Positions 63,330-64,000 of a stretch of 64,000 nt of DNA are shown here, in pieces. Each line of letters begins with the position of its first letter. Within the stretch, counting starts at the first letter, position 1. The notes beneath the pieces are model-generated. The model was not told the DNA's origin and made no database searches. It was given only the letters and a program-made list of their open reading frames with translations. Made by a program: the position numbers and the translations under genes. This DNA is from Chiloscyllium plagiosum (Eukaryota): assembly GCF_004010195.1 (NCBI RefSeq), contig NC_057758.1:1815542-1879541 (forward strand), in the 5' to 3' direction.

Positions 63330-63805
63330 CATTTAATTTGTTTTTTTCTTTTTTCTGTTTATTTTTTCTTTTTTTTCCTTCCCCCCACACTACCGCCTAG
63401 CTGCGGTAGTGCTTATTTTTTACCCAGCACTCATGTTGTGTGTGTACAGGTGTGAGACACAGTGAAAGACACAGGGTGCACGAATCTTTATTCAAATTTC
63501 CACCACCAGGAAGAAAGACCCGAGTGGTCAGTGTCAAGCAGTCCTCTTCACATCAAAAGGCAATGAAAACTCCTCTTTATTTATTTTTTTCACCCGAGTG
63601 GCCAGTGACAAGCACTGCCCTTCACAAAAAAGGACAATGCTGTGTGATCAAACAGTGAAGGGGAGGGCAGGGACTAAATCAAAATAGAGTTGACGGGGGA
63701 AATAATGAACTCCACTCCCTCCGGCGCCCACCTCTCCATGAACAACTCCAGGGTGTTGGTGGACACCGCGTGCTCCTTCTCCAAGGACACCCGGGCCCTA
63801 ACGTA
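63330..63805 (-). mobile_element. Tx1-clade LINE 3' end
   Basis: YVRARVSLEKEHAVSTNTLELFMERWAP*-type ORF2 C-terminus, 3' UTR with AATAAA, A-rich tail. Confidence 0.7.
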
Positions 63806-64000
63806 CAGTTGTCATTTCGTTCAGATAAGTGCTAATTGATGCATTTGTGAAGATCTAATTAAGCAGGGAAATGCAGAGTAAATAGCAGGATCTTTAGTCG
63901 ATACCACATGCTGAATGGTTGTGGCTGACAAGACCAAAGTTCCGTGAAGGTGGCACAAAACGTCGATAAGGTGGTGAAGAAGGCGTATGGCATGCTAATA

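Overview
Vertebrate nuclear DNA, very probably a cartilaginous fish (shark). This is inferred from HE1-like V-SINEs, HER1/CR1 LINEs and shark-type Penelope elements. No intact protein-coding gene was found. Most of the window is transposon debris: CR1 LINEs, HE1-like SINEs, Penelope-like elements (PLEs) with minimal hammerhead motifs, and a Tx1 3' end. There are also three N gaps. One LTR-to-LTR, env-less class I (epsilon-like) endogenous retrovirus (48227-55357) sits inside a CR1 and carries a 2H-phosphoesterase domain between protease and RT. The main unexplained signal lies in the islands of non-TE DNA between about 1.2 and 41 kb. Nearly every island reads, through stops and frameshifts, as a decayed Ig-superfamily V-set exon, often with a J-like G strand in the same exon and no recognisable RSS. 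About 20 such relics occur, mostly as head-to-head pairs, some with leader and TM-like exons. These V calls are by-eye motif reconstructions and need frameshift-aware HMM confirmation. Most TE and relic boundaries are approximate.
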